This document shows positions 25,592-40,400 of a DNA stretch of 64,000 bases, one piece after another. The stretch's first letter is position 1. Every line of letters begins with the position of its first letter. Below the pieces are notes generated by a model. That model did not search any database and was not told the origin of the DNA. It saw only the letters and a list, made by a program, of their open reading frames with translations. The DNA comes from Squalus acanthias. Lineage: Eukaryota. Location of the stretch: NCBI GenBank assembly GCA_030390025.1, contig CM059430.1, forward strand, positions 74,772,001 to 74,836,000, in the 5' to 3' direction. The translations under genes were made by a program, and so were the position numbers.

Positions 25592-27919
25592 GTCGACCAA
25601 TATATGATGACCGCTGACAGGGAAAATAAGAGGGTTGCATTCAACTTGATGGAAACGTTGCAACGATGGAAAGAAGAGAGTGCTTGCTGTTATTTGGGTT
25701 TCGTAATCACAGTCATTTTCATTGGACCTGTAGATGGCGCCGAAAGCTAAATATGGTTTGGAGCCACGTCTTCACATCAGATGGCAGAGCAAAAGGATTT
25801 GTTCTCTCCCACACATATAGTGAAATAGTGGTACTGAATGATCATGTGTTATTGCATGACATCAGGTATCAAACTTACTTCATTAGCAATTACTGTTTAT
25901 TAATGACATATTTCACGATTGGTATGACAATGGCAAACCGACGCTTTTCTACACTTCTAAATGAAAATTGTATTTATTTTGATATTTGTAACTTAGGCCA
26001 CGTCGTTTCATCAGCCTCCATTCTATGAAAGAATACATGGAAAACTAACTTTTCCCTGTAGCTGGAATGACTGAGCATGCGATATCTAATTTGATAATAT
26101 TGATACTTGCTGAAATTCTGCACAAATAGCCGTTTACATCCTTCCCGATCTTCTGCGGAGAGACCATGAGAGTCCTCCTTCCGGCTAAATTTCCACGTAT
26201 GTAAGATTGTTTTTCTCGCTGTACCATGTGAACTCAGCCAATCGCAAAAAGCGTTCTCTATGGCAATACTTAAAGTCGGAGAAACATGCGGCTCTTTATC
26301 ACCTAGTCAGCACCAGCCATACATAAATAGGGACCATACCCAATCAGCTTCAACTCACTGACCAAGAGAGCTGTTGCCACTTCCTAAGGTATAATATTTT
26401 CTGGAAAATTATAGTTCAGGAATTGCGCTACTGTGAAGCTGGTGAATGCTGTCCCAGATCAGCAACCGACAATATTAAAGTCACCGGCCTGGACCACTGC
26501 CAAGGCGCACCAACACCTTGCGTGCAAAGAGTAAATGTAATCTCCCCGCAGAGAATTACTAAAAAACAGATGCACACAAAACAACGGCAAAAACGCCAAA
26601 TCGGTACCGAAACATGGAAAGACAACCTGATGAAACCAGCCTTTGAATTAGAAGCGCCTTTACCACAGTTCACAATATGGGTCACCTCAAGCGAAAAATA
26701 AGTCAGCGATGAAAAGGTTTTGTAACCTGAAACTGAATGTGTACAGAGGCCGTACCAACATGTGGAACAACGAGACGAACATGGTGCAATGTGAGAATTG
26801 TGAAATTAGAACACCTGCTGTCAACTGGAGGTGTCGGCATATTGGTTAACGTTTGTAGTGAGATGGTATTAATAATATTACGGAAAGCGAAAAATCTTTT
26901 CGAACACTCACAATCGGCACAAAAACAATTCTTTTTCTGATTTTACAAAATTGACAAAAAATAAAACAATATCACAATTCAGTCATCAAAATCATTCAAA
27001 TAGTGACAAAATAAATTAGCCTCCAGGACAGTGTCTCTATTCCTCAAACGTCTTCAAAACCTCAGTCCTGACCCGTGGTGCTAATCCCCGATCCTTCAAG
27101 GTTGAGTCCTCTCTTTCGGTTCTAGGCCATTTTATTTCGTGCTGGATACAGGGACGGGTTCCACCCGAGCACCAAAACATGGCGTCGGTCGCTAGTTTAA
27201 CACTATGCCCAGTCTCCAGTGTCAGGTTGCTTGCTGCCACTAAGTTAGAATCCCAGGTTCCGCGTGGATGTCCTATAACCGTGCTTTAAATCTGCTGCAG
27301 ACCGGCGTTGGCCGCCTCTGTCCCACGGAGAACCTGATGTACACCGCACGTGTTAGGACGAGAGATCAGGACCATTCTCGGTTTCATTTACAGCCTAGCT
27401 ATTTGTCGGCCGGTTTACAACATGGGCTGGGCAATGACCATTGTGTACAATGTTTTTTATTATTCTCGGTGACTTGATATAATTAGAAACACTGAAAGGG
27501 GGAGATGATTCTTCTTAACGATAAAGAAATTGTGATTTACCAATTCTCACAAATACGTGTGCCTTGAAACCTTTGGTCTAGATGAGCATGAAATGCCTAA
27601 TTCATTACAAACATCCTGCAACCTCAAATGGCTGCCCATAGATAATATTGTGAACAGCTTGACTTTGAGAATTTTAAGGCACACGAAAGATAACGAGTTA
27701 AAGTAGTCAGAATGTAAGTGCGTATTATTTATGTTGAAGTTGTTCTATAATAATAACAGAATGAACACTTGCATTCATACATTTAAGATTACAATTGTAT
27801 TAAGACAATGCTCCTAACTTTGGAAAATAAAATTCACTGTGTTCTGTTTTTAAAGCCTCTGAAGGTATTTTAGTTACTTCTATGTTTTAAAAGAGCAACT
27901 TGCATGACTGCACGTCTTG

Positions 27920-28950
27920 TTAGAACTGGTCATTGTCGGGCGCTTGTGTGCTGTGAATGTTACTTGTCACGTATCAGGCAACGCCTGGATGTTGTCCAGG
28001 TCTCGCTGCATGTGGGCATGGACTGCTTTATTTTCTGAGGAATTGCGAGTGGATCTGAACACTCTGCAATCATCAGCGAACATCCCCACTTCTGATCCTA
28101 TGACGGAGGTAAGGTAATTGATAAATCAGCTTTAGATGGTTCCACGTCGGACATTGCCCTGAAAAATTCCTGCAGCGATGTCCTGGAGCTAAGATGATTG
28201 GCTTCCCATGACCGTAGCCATCTTCCTTTTTGCCAGGTATGACTCGAACCAGTGGAGTGTTTCCCCCTGATCCCCATTAACTTAACATTTTAATTAGGGC
28301 TGCTTGATGTCACACTCGGTCAAATGCTGTATTTATGTCAAGGGCAGTCACTCTCACCTGAGCACTTGTATTCAGCTCTTTTCTCCATATTTGGACCAAG
28401 GCTGTAATGAGGTCTGGAGCCGAGTGGTACTGGAGGAACACAGACTTAGCATCCGTGAATAGATTATTTGGGAGTAAGTGCCACTTGATAGCACTGTCGA
28501 CCACTGCTTCCATCACTCTGCTAATGACTGAGAGTCGGCTGATGAGGTGTTAATTGGCCGGATGGATTTGTCCCTCTTTCTGTGGACAGGAGATACCTGG
28601 GTAATTTTACACGTTTTCGGGTAAATGCCAGTGTTGTAGCTATATTGGAACAGCTTGGCTAAAAGCGCAGCTAGTTCTGAAGCTCAAGTCTTCAGCACTA
28701 AAGTCAGGAGACATAGCCTTTGCTTGATCCAGTGTGCTCAGCCGTTTCTTGATATCACGTGGAGTGAATCGAATTTGCTGAAGATTGGCATCTGTGATGG
28801 TGGGAACTTCAGGAGGAGGCCGAGATGGATCACCCACTCAACAATTCTGGCTGCAGATGGTTGCGAACGCTTCAGACTTGACTTTTGCACTCATGTGCTG
28901 GGCTCCGTTTGAACTGCGGAAAACGGGATATTGGAATTTACCTCTTCCAA
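27920..28950 (-). mobile_element. Second LINE family RT fragment
   Basis: HSAPDLITALVQ...VTALDINTAFDRV and a remnant of the FADD motif. Confidence 0.8.
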
Positions 28951-30879
28951 CGGTACCTTTTTTGTTTTTGCATTAAGCCGGTACTACTTCTTTTATGTGC
29001 AATCGTATGGGCACAATTCAGAGATCTGCGGCTGAAGTAAACTGTGTAGTCGATTCTTACCGTAAGAAAGCGGTGCACTGTTCATCTCTATTGGGAATAC
29101 TGGCAATTTGAACCGCTTTTTCTGGCTGTGAGAAAATATATTCTGGTAGTGTCACCTGCCCCGAAACTGTCACAAAACAAGATACCAGATCAGGAAATCA
29201 GAAGACAAAAGTACGTCAATATTTCTATTTCGCAGCAAACTCTCATCAAAGTTTCTCCAGTCTGCAAGCTCCGAAGTGAAACAATTCCCTGTAGCAACGA
29301 ACTTGTCAACGAGCATGCTTTAATAAACCAGCGTGAATTACTTGGTCTCTGAAATTTCCCGAGTTATTTCGCGCTTTCATGCGGGAAACGGGAGAAAACC
29401 CTCAGAACAATTGCCTGAAGTATCACCTTCAACCGTTTACGGCCATATTTGTTTGAGAGTTCGCTGATTTCTCTCGGAATTTAGGGCAAGAGATTGGAGG
29501 AATCCCTATAGAATATCCGCCCTATTTCTGCCTTAGGAATGCAAGTCATATGAAAGAAAAAGGCTTTACATAAATTGAAGCAAAATGATGTGTACGTGGC
29601 GGCATTATTATTGACTTTTTAGCAATATATATTTAAATATTCACCACTCCGGATTCCCTTGCCTAGTTTTCTGCTTTCCTGAAACTGGATGGTAAGTTGA
29701 CGTAATCATACCAAAGCAAGCCACAGCAATTTCACTCCTGAGCACAGGTGTTATTTGAAACGTATTTGTAAAATTCTCCTTCGTGTCCCTACTTCCTTAA
29801 ATTATTGCTCCCGAATTCCGGCAGCCAACTAAACATCCCACCAGATTATCTTTTCCATTGAAGTGCATCAGGCGGCGGATCGGATAGTGCCAGTCTTATG
29901 GCACCTCTGAAGTTGAACGTTCCACCCATTGTAAGAGTACTTTGGATTTATAAATCTCGTACAAATTGCACATGTAGATTGTGTGCGGGCGTTCCGCAGT
30001 GAGTCTTGTCTGTTAATAGGCATTGGTGATTCTGGAAAAGGATATAGATTAACTGAGGTAGCATCATGCCGGAATAGTAACACATGTTACTGTTAGACAT
30101 ATATTAGAATATTAATGCTTGATTTTGCACGTCGCCTATTCACGTCAAACGTGCCAAAGAAGTTCTCGCAATCAGTTACTTTGCAGCAACTGTTATGCAT
30201 TTTAACATTAATGTTTGTGAGGGTTATACCGAGAAGCTTTTACATTTTGGCCCCGTTTCGACCAGGAATGTTCTGCTTGCATTCTCCAAGAAGAGCGACT
30301 GTTTCTCGTACTTTATTGCCCGCGCAGTCCTATTGATTAAATTGACTGAGATTTGGCGGGTGATGTCCTATAAACACGTGAATTCCGGAAAAATAAAAAC
30401 TGACACATTAGAATACTTTCAAACATGAAATTTATCATTTTGAGCTGAATTAAATAAGTGATCTTTAAAAGGGACCCAGCATCCTAATTTGCCAAGTGCT
30501 GCTAAAATTGGGGCAATTTGAAAGTTCGATGGAAACTACATGTGATATGAGCGTTCAAAATGTATCGCTTTCATCACAAGTTAGTCGACTGGTAAATGAC
30601 GTTGTTGAGGTGAATGGCTATTCAGAATTTGCATCTTAACTTGGCAGAGGTAATAGTTTCACTTTCAGGTCACGAATTGAAATCCTCGTTGTGGCGATAT
30701 CTTTAATCAGTTATGCTGAAAACATTCGAAACAATACACAAAGAGGTGATGCAATCCTCAACGTCACTTTGTATGCAGATGTCTCTGTTTCCCTTCAATA
30801 TGTATGGGTGATGGGGGGTTTGTAATATGAATGACAGCAACGTCTATTTTCTAGACGATTTTGCACGTAAGTTTACATA

Positions 30880-33380
30880 ATATAACATAGAATCGTTGAA
30901 TAATAGAACGATACAGCACAGAAGGAGACCATTCTGCCCATTGTACCTGAGCTGGCTCTTTGGTAGAGTTATGCAATCAGTCCCATTCCCCTTCTCTTTC
31001 AACATAGCATTTCTTTTTCCCTTCAAGTATTTATCTGATTGTCTATTGAACCTGCTTCCACCACCCTTTCAGAAAGTGCATTCCGCATCACAAAACCTCG
31101 CTGTGTAACACAATGTTTCGTATGGCGCCTCTGGTTCATTTGCCAATCGCCTTGAAACTGTATTCGCTGATAACCACTGGAATTTTTTTTCCTCATTTAC
31201 TCTATCAAAATAGTTAATGGTTTGGAGCACCTCCATCAAATCTTCTCTTACAGTTCTCTGCTCTAAGGAGAACAACCCAGCTTCTCCAGTCTCTCCACAT
31301 ATCTGAAGCGCCTGATCGCTGCTACAATTCGAGTCAATCTCTTCTGCACCCTCTCTAAGTCCTTGACTTCCTGCCGAAAGTATGGTGACCAGAATTGAAC
31401 ACAATACTCCAGCTGAGGCCAACCAGTGTTTTATATACCTTTATCATAACTTCCTTGCTTTTGTCCGCTATTCCTCTAGTAATAAAGACGAGGTTTCCAT
31501 ATGCTTTTTTATCAGCCTGCTCACCTTGTCCTGCCACCGTCAAAGACTTGTGTACATATACCGCCATGTCTCTCTGTTTCTGCACCCCCTTTACAAATGT
31601 ACCATTTAGTTCATGTTGCTGTCTTCTAATTCTTCCTATCAAAGTATGTCACTTCACACTTCTCTGCATTAAATTTCATCTGCTGGATTTGTCTGCCCAT
31701 TTCATAAGTCTATTTATGTCCTCCTGAATGTTATTACTATCCTCCTCATTGAAAACCACTTTTCCATGTTTCTTTTCATCTTCAAACTTTGAAATTATGC
31801 CCTGTATACCCAAATGCAGCTCATTAATGTATGACAAACGGAGCAAGGATCCTAATAACTACCCCTGGGGAACACGACTCTATCGCTCCCTCCAGTCTGG
31901 AAAACAACAGTTCTACTCTCTACTTTCTGATATTTAGACAAGTTTGTATCCATGAAGCCAATGTCCCTTTAATTCCTTGGCTTATAATTTTGCTAAAAAA
32001 ATCTATTTTGTGGTACTTTGTCAAATCCCCTTTTACAGTCCATATACACAACATGAACAACACAACCATCATCAACCCCTTCCGTTACTTTATCAAAGAA
32101 CTCGATCAAGTAAGTCTAACATGGTTTGCCTTTATCAAATCCGTGATGACGTTATTTTATTACCCCATAATTTACCAATTGCGAATTCATTTTTTCCCGG
32201 ATTACTGTCCCCAGAACTTTCCCTCCCACCGTCGTTAGGCTGACTGGCCTCTAGTTGCCGGGTTTATCCCTCTTCCCTTTTTTAAACAGAGGTGTAGCAA
32301 TTGCAATCCTCCAGGGCTCTGTCACCCATCCCATACTCAAGGAGGGTTGGAAGATTGTGGCCAGAGCCACCGCAATTTCCACCCTTACTTCCCTCAGTAA
32401 CGTAAGTTGCATCCCATCTGAACCAGATGATATTTCTTCTTTGAGGACTGCCAAACTTTTAAATACCTTCTTTTTTATCTATGTTTATCCCATCCAATAT
32501 CACTACTGCCTCCTCTTTTAATGCTACATTGGCAGCAGCCTCTTCTCCAGTGAAGAGAGGTGGTAACTGCAAAGTACTCATTTACTACCTCAGCCAAGCC
32601 CTCTGCCTCCACTTGAATATCATCTTTTTGGTCCCTAACCGGTCCCACCCTTCCTTCGAATACATTTACAATCAGTGTTTATAGAAGGTTTTGGGGTCCT
32701 TTTTATGTCGGCTGCTGATCTTTTTTCATACTCACTGTATGTCACACCTATTCACTTTATTAGATCTCCTCTCTACTTTTATATTCAGCTTGGTTAATTA
32801 CTGTATTATGAACCTTACAGTTGATATAAGCTTCCTTTTTCTGTCTCATTTTTACCTCTACGTCTTTAGTCATCCTGGGAGCTCGAACTTTAGATATCTT
32901 TCCTTTCCTCTTCAATGGAATATCTACTCTTTACCAGAACCATCTCCGCTTGGAAGGCCTCCCATTGGTCAATGAATGTTTTAACGACCAAATTTTGATT
33001 TCAATCCACCTGGGCAAATCCATTCGCATATCATTGAAGTTATCACTCTTCCAGTTAAGTATTTTTCCAATTGATTGTACCTTGCCCTTTTTAATTTTTT
33101 TCTAAACCTGATGTTATTATGATCACTGTTCCCCAAATGCTCTCCCAATAAAACATGCTCCACTTGCCGCAGTTAATTCCCCAGACCTAGACACAGCAGT
33201 GGTTCCTTCCATTGAAGTGGCAACTCACTGATCAAGAAAGTTCTCTTGTACATATTTCAGTAATTCCACCTCCTCTTTGCCTTTTGCATTGTTACTATTT
33301 CAGTCTATATTTGGTTAATTGACGTCCTCCAATATCACAACTCTGTAGTTTTTGCATCTTTCTGTAATTTACCTTCAATA
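30880..33380 (-). mobile_element. Decayed CR1 (3' tail to endonuclease)
   Basis: CATAGAAT-type tail; WRIAIATPLFKKG and LGNSDHN motifs. Confidence 0.88.
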
Positions 33381-33638
33381 GTGAATTTATTATTTTTATT
33401 GTTTCAGTGAGGAAATAGGTTTAGCGAATGAAGTCAAGCAATAATAAAAAAGCTAGTTCAAGGGCTTTCACAAAAAGTGAAAGGTTCCCTTAATGTTATT
33501 TTTCAGTTTCTGTGTAGAAATTGGACGAGGGTTACATCTAATTGAACATCTGTAAATGAACCGGTATTAATAGTCATTTTTGAGACTTTACCAGTCCTTC
33601 TACACAACATGCTACTGTTTTATAACGTTATAGCAATC

Positions 33639-34700
33639 TGTTAGGTATTCCAGAAATATGTACATGATCCGGTATATTGAAAGGATTCGCCAAATTTCAT
33701 GTGTTTCCCCCCCCCTGAAGATTTTTGTTGTTGGACTTATTAATAAAGAAACCCTGATCAGACTGAGTATTAAAATCCAGGGCATAAAATGGCCGCGGTC
33801 GGACCTCGTGACCGAGAGCCTGGCAGTTTTATTTCAGACGCTGAGAAGCCATCAGCTTGTGTATTCCGATGTCTGCAACAGGAAGTTACAGGACCTTTCC
33901 TTATGCATTACAACAGGTCTATGCATAAGGCTTTCAAGGTGTTTGCTCAAATAATCAGCTGGGACATTGAGACGGGGCTGGGCCCATCAACGGAACTGTT
34001 CTGGATAATCATCCAACCTGTCGAACAATAGGGTGGCAGTTGAACAACTGGTGTCACACCATTACCGGCCATCTAACATGATGGGCCGAGACCAGTACCT
34101 TTTGTTAAAATTCATCATGCCCAGATCAGACAATAGAAATGTGCTGATCGGTAGGAAGATTAGGGCGACCGGACGGGGTATAACTGGGAAGACCCAGCCA
34201 TTTTTCTCTCTCTCTGCCTGGACCCGTTTCGCTCTGTCTGCCAGCAGCTAAGAAAGAAGACTTCCAGAAATGCCACGTGTCGACGGCAGAAACAGAGCAC
34301 AGGGCCAGGTTTTTCCATCCATTTCACCGGTGAGCATTATCATTCTTCTGGCTGTTGCAAGACCATTTTTGTTAGGCATAAGGGTGGGGATTAATGGGGA
34401 TATTGCTAAAACTGTAATTTTAGGATTTTCCCTCGATGTGTCCGTTCTCTTCCCATGCTAAGTGTAAAACCGTTTCCATATGATACTGTTTCTCTGTAGT
34501 TTTACTTCTGTAAATAAACATTGGTTTTCCTCGCACCAATCCAAGGGTCTGTTCGTTTGTCCTTATCGCCGCTCGATAAGTCCTGGGCTCAGAACTAATA
34601 ATAAAGGGATAGCGATTCGCAACCGCACAGCGGGCAGAGACAGTCCAGGAAAACATAACTGGCTGACCTACAAATAAGCCCGAGACAAAAAAACCTTACA
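33639..34700 (+). mobile_element. Possible solo LTR
   Basis: TG...CA ends with a 7/8 inverted match (TGTTAGGT / ACCTTACA); TATAA at 34179 followed by AATAAA at 34513; more GC-rich than the flanks. No clean target-site duplication. Confidence 0.4.
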
Positions 34701-35847
34701 ATGTACAATGACAGTGTGCGGTTGGACAGATTTCTTGAGTTTTACTAGACTTCTGTTTGACAGGGAATATCGTCTCTAGGCATTTTTCATAGGAAATTAA
34801 ACGGGTTGTGCAGTGAAATATTGAAAATGTATCAATGAGGATTCAGACGATTCAGATTATAATCAGAACTGCAAACATCTTCTTTAATCAATTGCAGCGC
34901 AATTCCTTTACTGGTTATTTTCGGAACATTCCCGGTGAATCAGCCCAATCTAAAGCCACTAGTGTGATTATTGTCTGTGTAAAATGCGAACTTAGAAATA
35001 TATTGACGTTACCTGTCTTAAATCGCAGTAAAGCGAAATCGCCGAATTTTAAAAGACCAAATTGTTCTTAAAATGCAGTAAAACATTTGTTTGTAGATTT
35101 ATGTTTAGGAATCAATAGTGTCACAATGATACTTGCAATCAATGCAGTGCTGCGAATTAAGCACTTTTATAATATATGTCACTGTATGAAAGAAAGGTGT
35201 CTCCACAGTGACATATACTTGCACTTTATTATTTGATTGAACGTTTGTTAACAGAAATTATAATTTTACATGTCTGCGGTAGAAATACAAATATTACAGG
35301 GAACGATCAAATAAGATACGCATGTATTTATCAACAAAGTTCAACATCATAGATGACTGCATAACATTTAGAAACGAATACTCATTTTATTTTGCTTAGT
35401 CTAACACAGTATTCATTCTGTCCTATCATATAATGTAAGATATTAAACGCTGTCATTTTACCTTTACCACCTGTGGCCTTTGAATCATTAATCACTTCCT
35501 TATTTGTGAGACGTTGAACAATAGTTGATAGCAAATTCAAATTAAACCGATTCAGGACAGAATGAAATAGCAACAGCCATTCTCAGCAAGAGACAATGGT
35601 AATTTTATTGTGAAATTATTCCGTCTAAAAGAATAGAACTAATTATTTGACATTTTATTATGTTGAAAGGGCATTGACTCCCCGACTAATAACGAAATAC
35701 GCAGATGACATGAGCGACATACGCGTGCAATCTGTTTAACAGGCAAAATGAACATTTATACCAGTGAATTGTCTTTTTCTATCGGCAGTTGCAATATTAA
35801 TTGATTGTGTAGCGGTTATTTCATCTTGCTGTTCTTCGTTTTTTTAT

Positions 35848-35933
35848 CTACCTTCCCAATATCTGTTCATATTCATGAGGCTGGTTAAATCTACAGCAGA
35901 TATTCCACTCCTCCGAAGCCGTCCTCGCATTAT
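35848..35933 (-). other. Candidate cytoplasmic exon of gene B (DNARTASEEWNICCRFNQPHEYEQILGR)
   Basis: Non-repeat DNA with acceptor TTTGCCTTAACAG. The phase-1 frame matches a repaired 117-nt TM exon and contains a YxxI motif. No homologue in the window confirms it. Confidence 0.25.
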
Positions 35934-36894
35934 CTGTTAAGGCAAATTGTACCGGACTTATAAACACAATTTTTGCCAAGCTGGAAACAAATGTTTCAAC
36001 AATGAACAGAATTGGGAAATGGAAAGTGTAGCTGCAGCAATTAACGAGCTTCAATTAGTGTTACAAAATTCTGCATGTAATGCAGTTAATTTTAGCCCTA
36101 TTCCCATGTTTTTCCATGTTTATACAGTGCAGCGTCATAATGTGTCGCAATCGATTCTAAAGCGCAGCTGTCTTACACTCCAAATGTCTGAAGTTACGTT
36201 GCAGAGCTCGCTCATACGATCTTCAGTATCACATTCTCGATTACACGTTATATGAATCACATTTCGTTATAAATATCCGAAATTTTGAATCAAACACCAC
36301 GTTCTTAATAGTCAGATAACAAACTATTTTGTACTCTGGGAAATATGGGCATTTAAAATAAAGCTATTGGTTAGACGTGATAAATAATAAACATTTCTTC
36401 GGTGATATCCTTTCAAATAGCTTTCAAAACCACATCACGATTTCTCGACTGATTAAAAAATAGAGCTGCTTCTTGAATCTGCAACTTTCTGTAAAGTTCC
36501 AGTTCTATATGCAGAGGAAACGATCGATTCATATTCCTTCTTATTCTGAATTCGAGCGCATCCAATTGTGGATAGTGAAAACAACGTTTGTTGACTTGAG
36601 GCATAAATCGTACTGAGACTGAATGTCTACAATCTTGGTAGATTCACATCATATATATACAATTAAGTATTTAATAAGGTCGCAATAACGTCAATTGGGG
36701 TAATATTGCTTCCCAGTGTTCTGCGAATGCAAGTCAGGCATAGGGACAGAAGATGTTAATATATTGCCTTTATTTTATTTGATGATTGATATATGTCCAT
36801 ACTATTTACCAGAAATGTCGGTCCATCTCGTGTGATGAAAAAAATAACTTCCATCGTCAATTCTGGCCAATGAGCAGAATTGGAAACATGACTG

Positions 36895-37295
36895 GTGAAT
36901 TGGGATTGTTCTCCTTAGAGCAGAGAAGTTCAAGGGGAGATTTAATAGAGGTGTTCAAAATTATAAAGGATATTGATAGAGTAAATAAGGAGAAACTGTT
37001 TCCACTGGTAGTAGGGTCCGTAACCAGAGGACACAGATTTAAGATAATCGGCAGAAGAACCAGAGGCGAGCCGATGAGAAGCGACTTATTGTCCTGGAAT
37101 GCACTACCTGAAAGCGGGGTTGAAGCAGATTCAACAGTATCTTCCAAACAGAATTGGATATATACTTGGAAAGGAAAATATTGCAGCGCTATAGAGAAAG
37201 AGCCGCTAAAAGGGACAAATTGGTTCGCTCTTTGAAAGAGCAGAGACAGCACCATGGTCTCATGCTGTACTATATTATTCTATAATTCTACGATA
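36895..37295 (+). mobile_element. 5'-truncated CR1 3' end
   Basis: LGLFSLEQRSSRGDLIEVFKI...TRGHRFK...WNALP followed by a TTCTAT-type tail. Confidence 0.85.
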
Positions 37296-37451
37296 TTAAG
37301 TAGACTAAAAGTAGCTTGTGTGTTGTTAAATGGTAGAATCTGTCTTATTGGTGGTAATACTTGATAGGATAAGCACCTCAACTTCTAAATTTGCAAATAG
37401 TGAATATGTTCGATGTGAAAATGTTCTACAGTCAGCTTTTTAGTATCTAAA

Positions 37452-40400
37452 TCATAGAAACATAACAATAAAGATAGGAGCAGGAGTAGGCCATTCGGCC
37501 CTTCGAGCCTGCTCCGCCATTCGATGAGATCATGGCTGATCATACAAACTCAGTGCACTGTACCTGCCTTCTCCCCATATCCCTTGATACGTTTAGCTTT
37601 AAGAAATATATCTAACTCATTGTTGAATATATTTAATGACTTGGACTCAACTACCTTCTGTGGTAGAGAATTCCACAGGTTCACCACTCTCTGGGTGAAG
37701 AAATTCTTCCTCATTTCTGTCCTAAATGGCTTACCCGTTATCCTTAGATTATGAGCCCTGTTTCTGGACTCTCCGACCTTCGGGAATATTCTTCCTCCAT
37801 CTAGTTTGTCCAGACATGTCAGAATTTTATATGTTTCGATGAGATCCCCTCTCATTCTTCTATACTCCAACGAGTATAAGCCCAATCGATCCAATCTCTC
37901 CTCATATGTCATTCCTGCCATCCCAGGCATCAGCCTTGTGAATCTTCGCTGAACTCCTTCCATGGCAAGAACATCCTTCCAAAGATAAGGCGACCAAAAC
38001 TGCACATAGTACTCAAGGTGTGGTCTCACCAAGGCCCTGTACAACTGCAGCAGGACATACCTGTTCCTATACTCAAAACCTTTCGCTATGAAAGTCAACA
38101 TACCATTTGCCTTCTTTACCGCCTGCTGCACCTGCATGCTTACTTTCAGCGACTGGTGCACAAGGACACCCAGGTCTCGTTTCACTTCCCCTTCTCCCAA
38201 TCTAATGCCATTCAGATAATAGTCTGCCATTCTATTTTTGACATCAAAGTGGATAACCTCACACTTATCCACGTTATATTGCATCTTCCACGCTTCTGCC
38301 CACTCACCCAACCTGTCCAAATCATCCTGGAGTTTCTCGGCATCCTCCTCGCAGCACACACTCCCACCCAGCTTTGTGTCATCTGCAAACTTGGAGATGT
38401 AACATTTAGTTCCCTTATCTAGATCTTTAATGTATATTGTGAATAGCTGGGGTCCAAGGACCGATCCCTGCGGTACCCCACTATTCACTGCTTGCCACTC
38501 GGAAAAAGACCCATTCATTCCTACTCTCTGCTTTCTTTCCGCTAAACAATTCTCTATCCAAGTCAATACCTTTCCCCCAATTTCATGTGCCTTAACTTTA
38601 CACGCTAATCTCTTATGCGGGACCTTATCGAAAGCCTTTTGAAAGTCCAAATATACCACATCTACTGGTTCTCCCTTATCTATTTTCCCAGTTACATCCT
38701 CAAAAAATTCCAGCAGATTAGTCAAGCACGATTTACCTTTTGTAAATCCATGTTGACTTTGTCCGATCCTGTCACTGTTTTTCAAGTGCTCAGCTATTAC
38801 ATCCTTTATAATGGAGTCTAGCATTTTCCCTAATACTGAAGTCAGGCTTACAGGTCTGTAATTTCCCGCTTTCTCTCTACCACCCTTTTTGAATAGTGGG
38901 GTAACATTAGCTACGCTCCAATCCATGGGTGCAGTTCCAGATTCCATCGAATGTTGGAAGATGATCAGCAATGCATCTACTATTTCCAGGGCCACTTCCT
39001 TAAGTACACTAGGATGTAGATTATGAGGCACTGGGGATTTATCGGTCTTCAATCCAGTCAATTTCCCTAACACCATTTCCCTGCAAATACTGATTTCTTT
39101 CAGTTCCTCCCTTTCATCAGATGTATGTTCTCCAACATCTCTGGGAGTTTATTTGTGCCCTCCTTTGTAAAGACAGAACCAAAATATACATTTAATTGGC
39201 CTGCCATTTCTTTGTTCCCCATTATAACTTCCCCAGCTTCTGACTGCAAGGGACCTACACTTGATTTCACTAATCTTTTTCTCTTCACATATCTATAAAA
39301 GCTCTTACAGTCAGTTTTTATGTTCCCAGCATGCTTACTTTCATATTCTATTTTCCCCTTCTTAATTAATCACTTTGTCCTCCTTTGTTGAATCCTAAAC
39401 TGCTCCAAATCCTCAGGGCTACCGCTTTTTCTGGCCAATTTATATGCCCTCTCCTTGGATCTTATGCTATCCCTAATTTCCCTTGTTAGCCACGGTTGAG
39501 TCACACTTTTTGTGTTATTCTTATGCCACACTGGGAGGAACAAATTCTGTAGTTCATCCATGCAGACTTTGAATGTTTGCCATAGCCTATCCACCGTCAA
39601 CCCCTTGAGTGACATTCCCCAATCAATCCTACCCAATTCGCGCCTCATACCATCATAGTTTCCTTTATTTAAATTCAGGACCCTAGTTTCTGATTCAACT
39701 ACTTCACTCTCCATCCTAATGAAGAATTCTATCATATTATGATCACTCTGACCCAAGGGGCCTCGTACAACAAGATTGCTAATTAATCATTTCTCGTTAC
39801 ATAATACCCAGTCTAAGATGACCTGATCTCTGGTTGGTTCCTCGACATATTGTTCCAGAAAACCATCTCGTAAACATTCTAGGAATTCCTCCTCCACAGT
39901 ATTTTTACTAATTTGGTTACCCCAATCGATATGCAAATTAAAGTCACCCATGATGACTGCTGTGCCCTTACTGCATGCTTCTCTAATTTCCCTTTTAATG
40001 CCCTCCCCAACCTCCGTATTACTGTTTGGAGGTCTCTATACCACTTCCACTAACGTTTACTGCCCCTTGTTATTTCTCAGTTCTACCCATACAGATTCCG
40101 CATCATCAGAGCTAATATCCTTCCTTCAATTGTGTTAATCCCCTATTTAACCAGCAGTGCTACCCCACCTTCCTTTCTTTTTTGCCTATCTTTCCTAAAT
40201 ATTGAATAACTCTGGATGATGAGTTCCCAGCCTTGGCCACCCTGGAGCCATGTTTCTGTAACCCCAAACAAATCGTATTCATTTACCTCTATTTGCTCAG
40301 CTAATTCATCCACCTTGTTCCGAATGTTCCTTGCTTTAAGACACAAAGCCTTCAGGCTTGTTTTTTTAACGCTCTCAGACCTATATGAATTATTATTTAC

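Noticed and set aside
26705-26740. GCGATGA-AAAGGTT(TTGT)AACCT-GAAAC resembling a hammerhead
   Set aside because: The core lacks the invariant CUGA, and there is no stem I or cleavage triplet.
26428-27477. GC-richer unique sequence with short ORFs upstream of gene A
   Set aside because: No Ig motifs, convincing splice sites or repeat termini were recognised; left unannotated.
37550-39076. 508-aa ORF as a host gene or active retrotransposon
   Set aside because: It is an ordinary CR1 RT whose upstream endonuclease region is broken into several frames; nothing indicates domestication.
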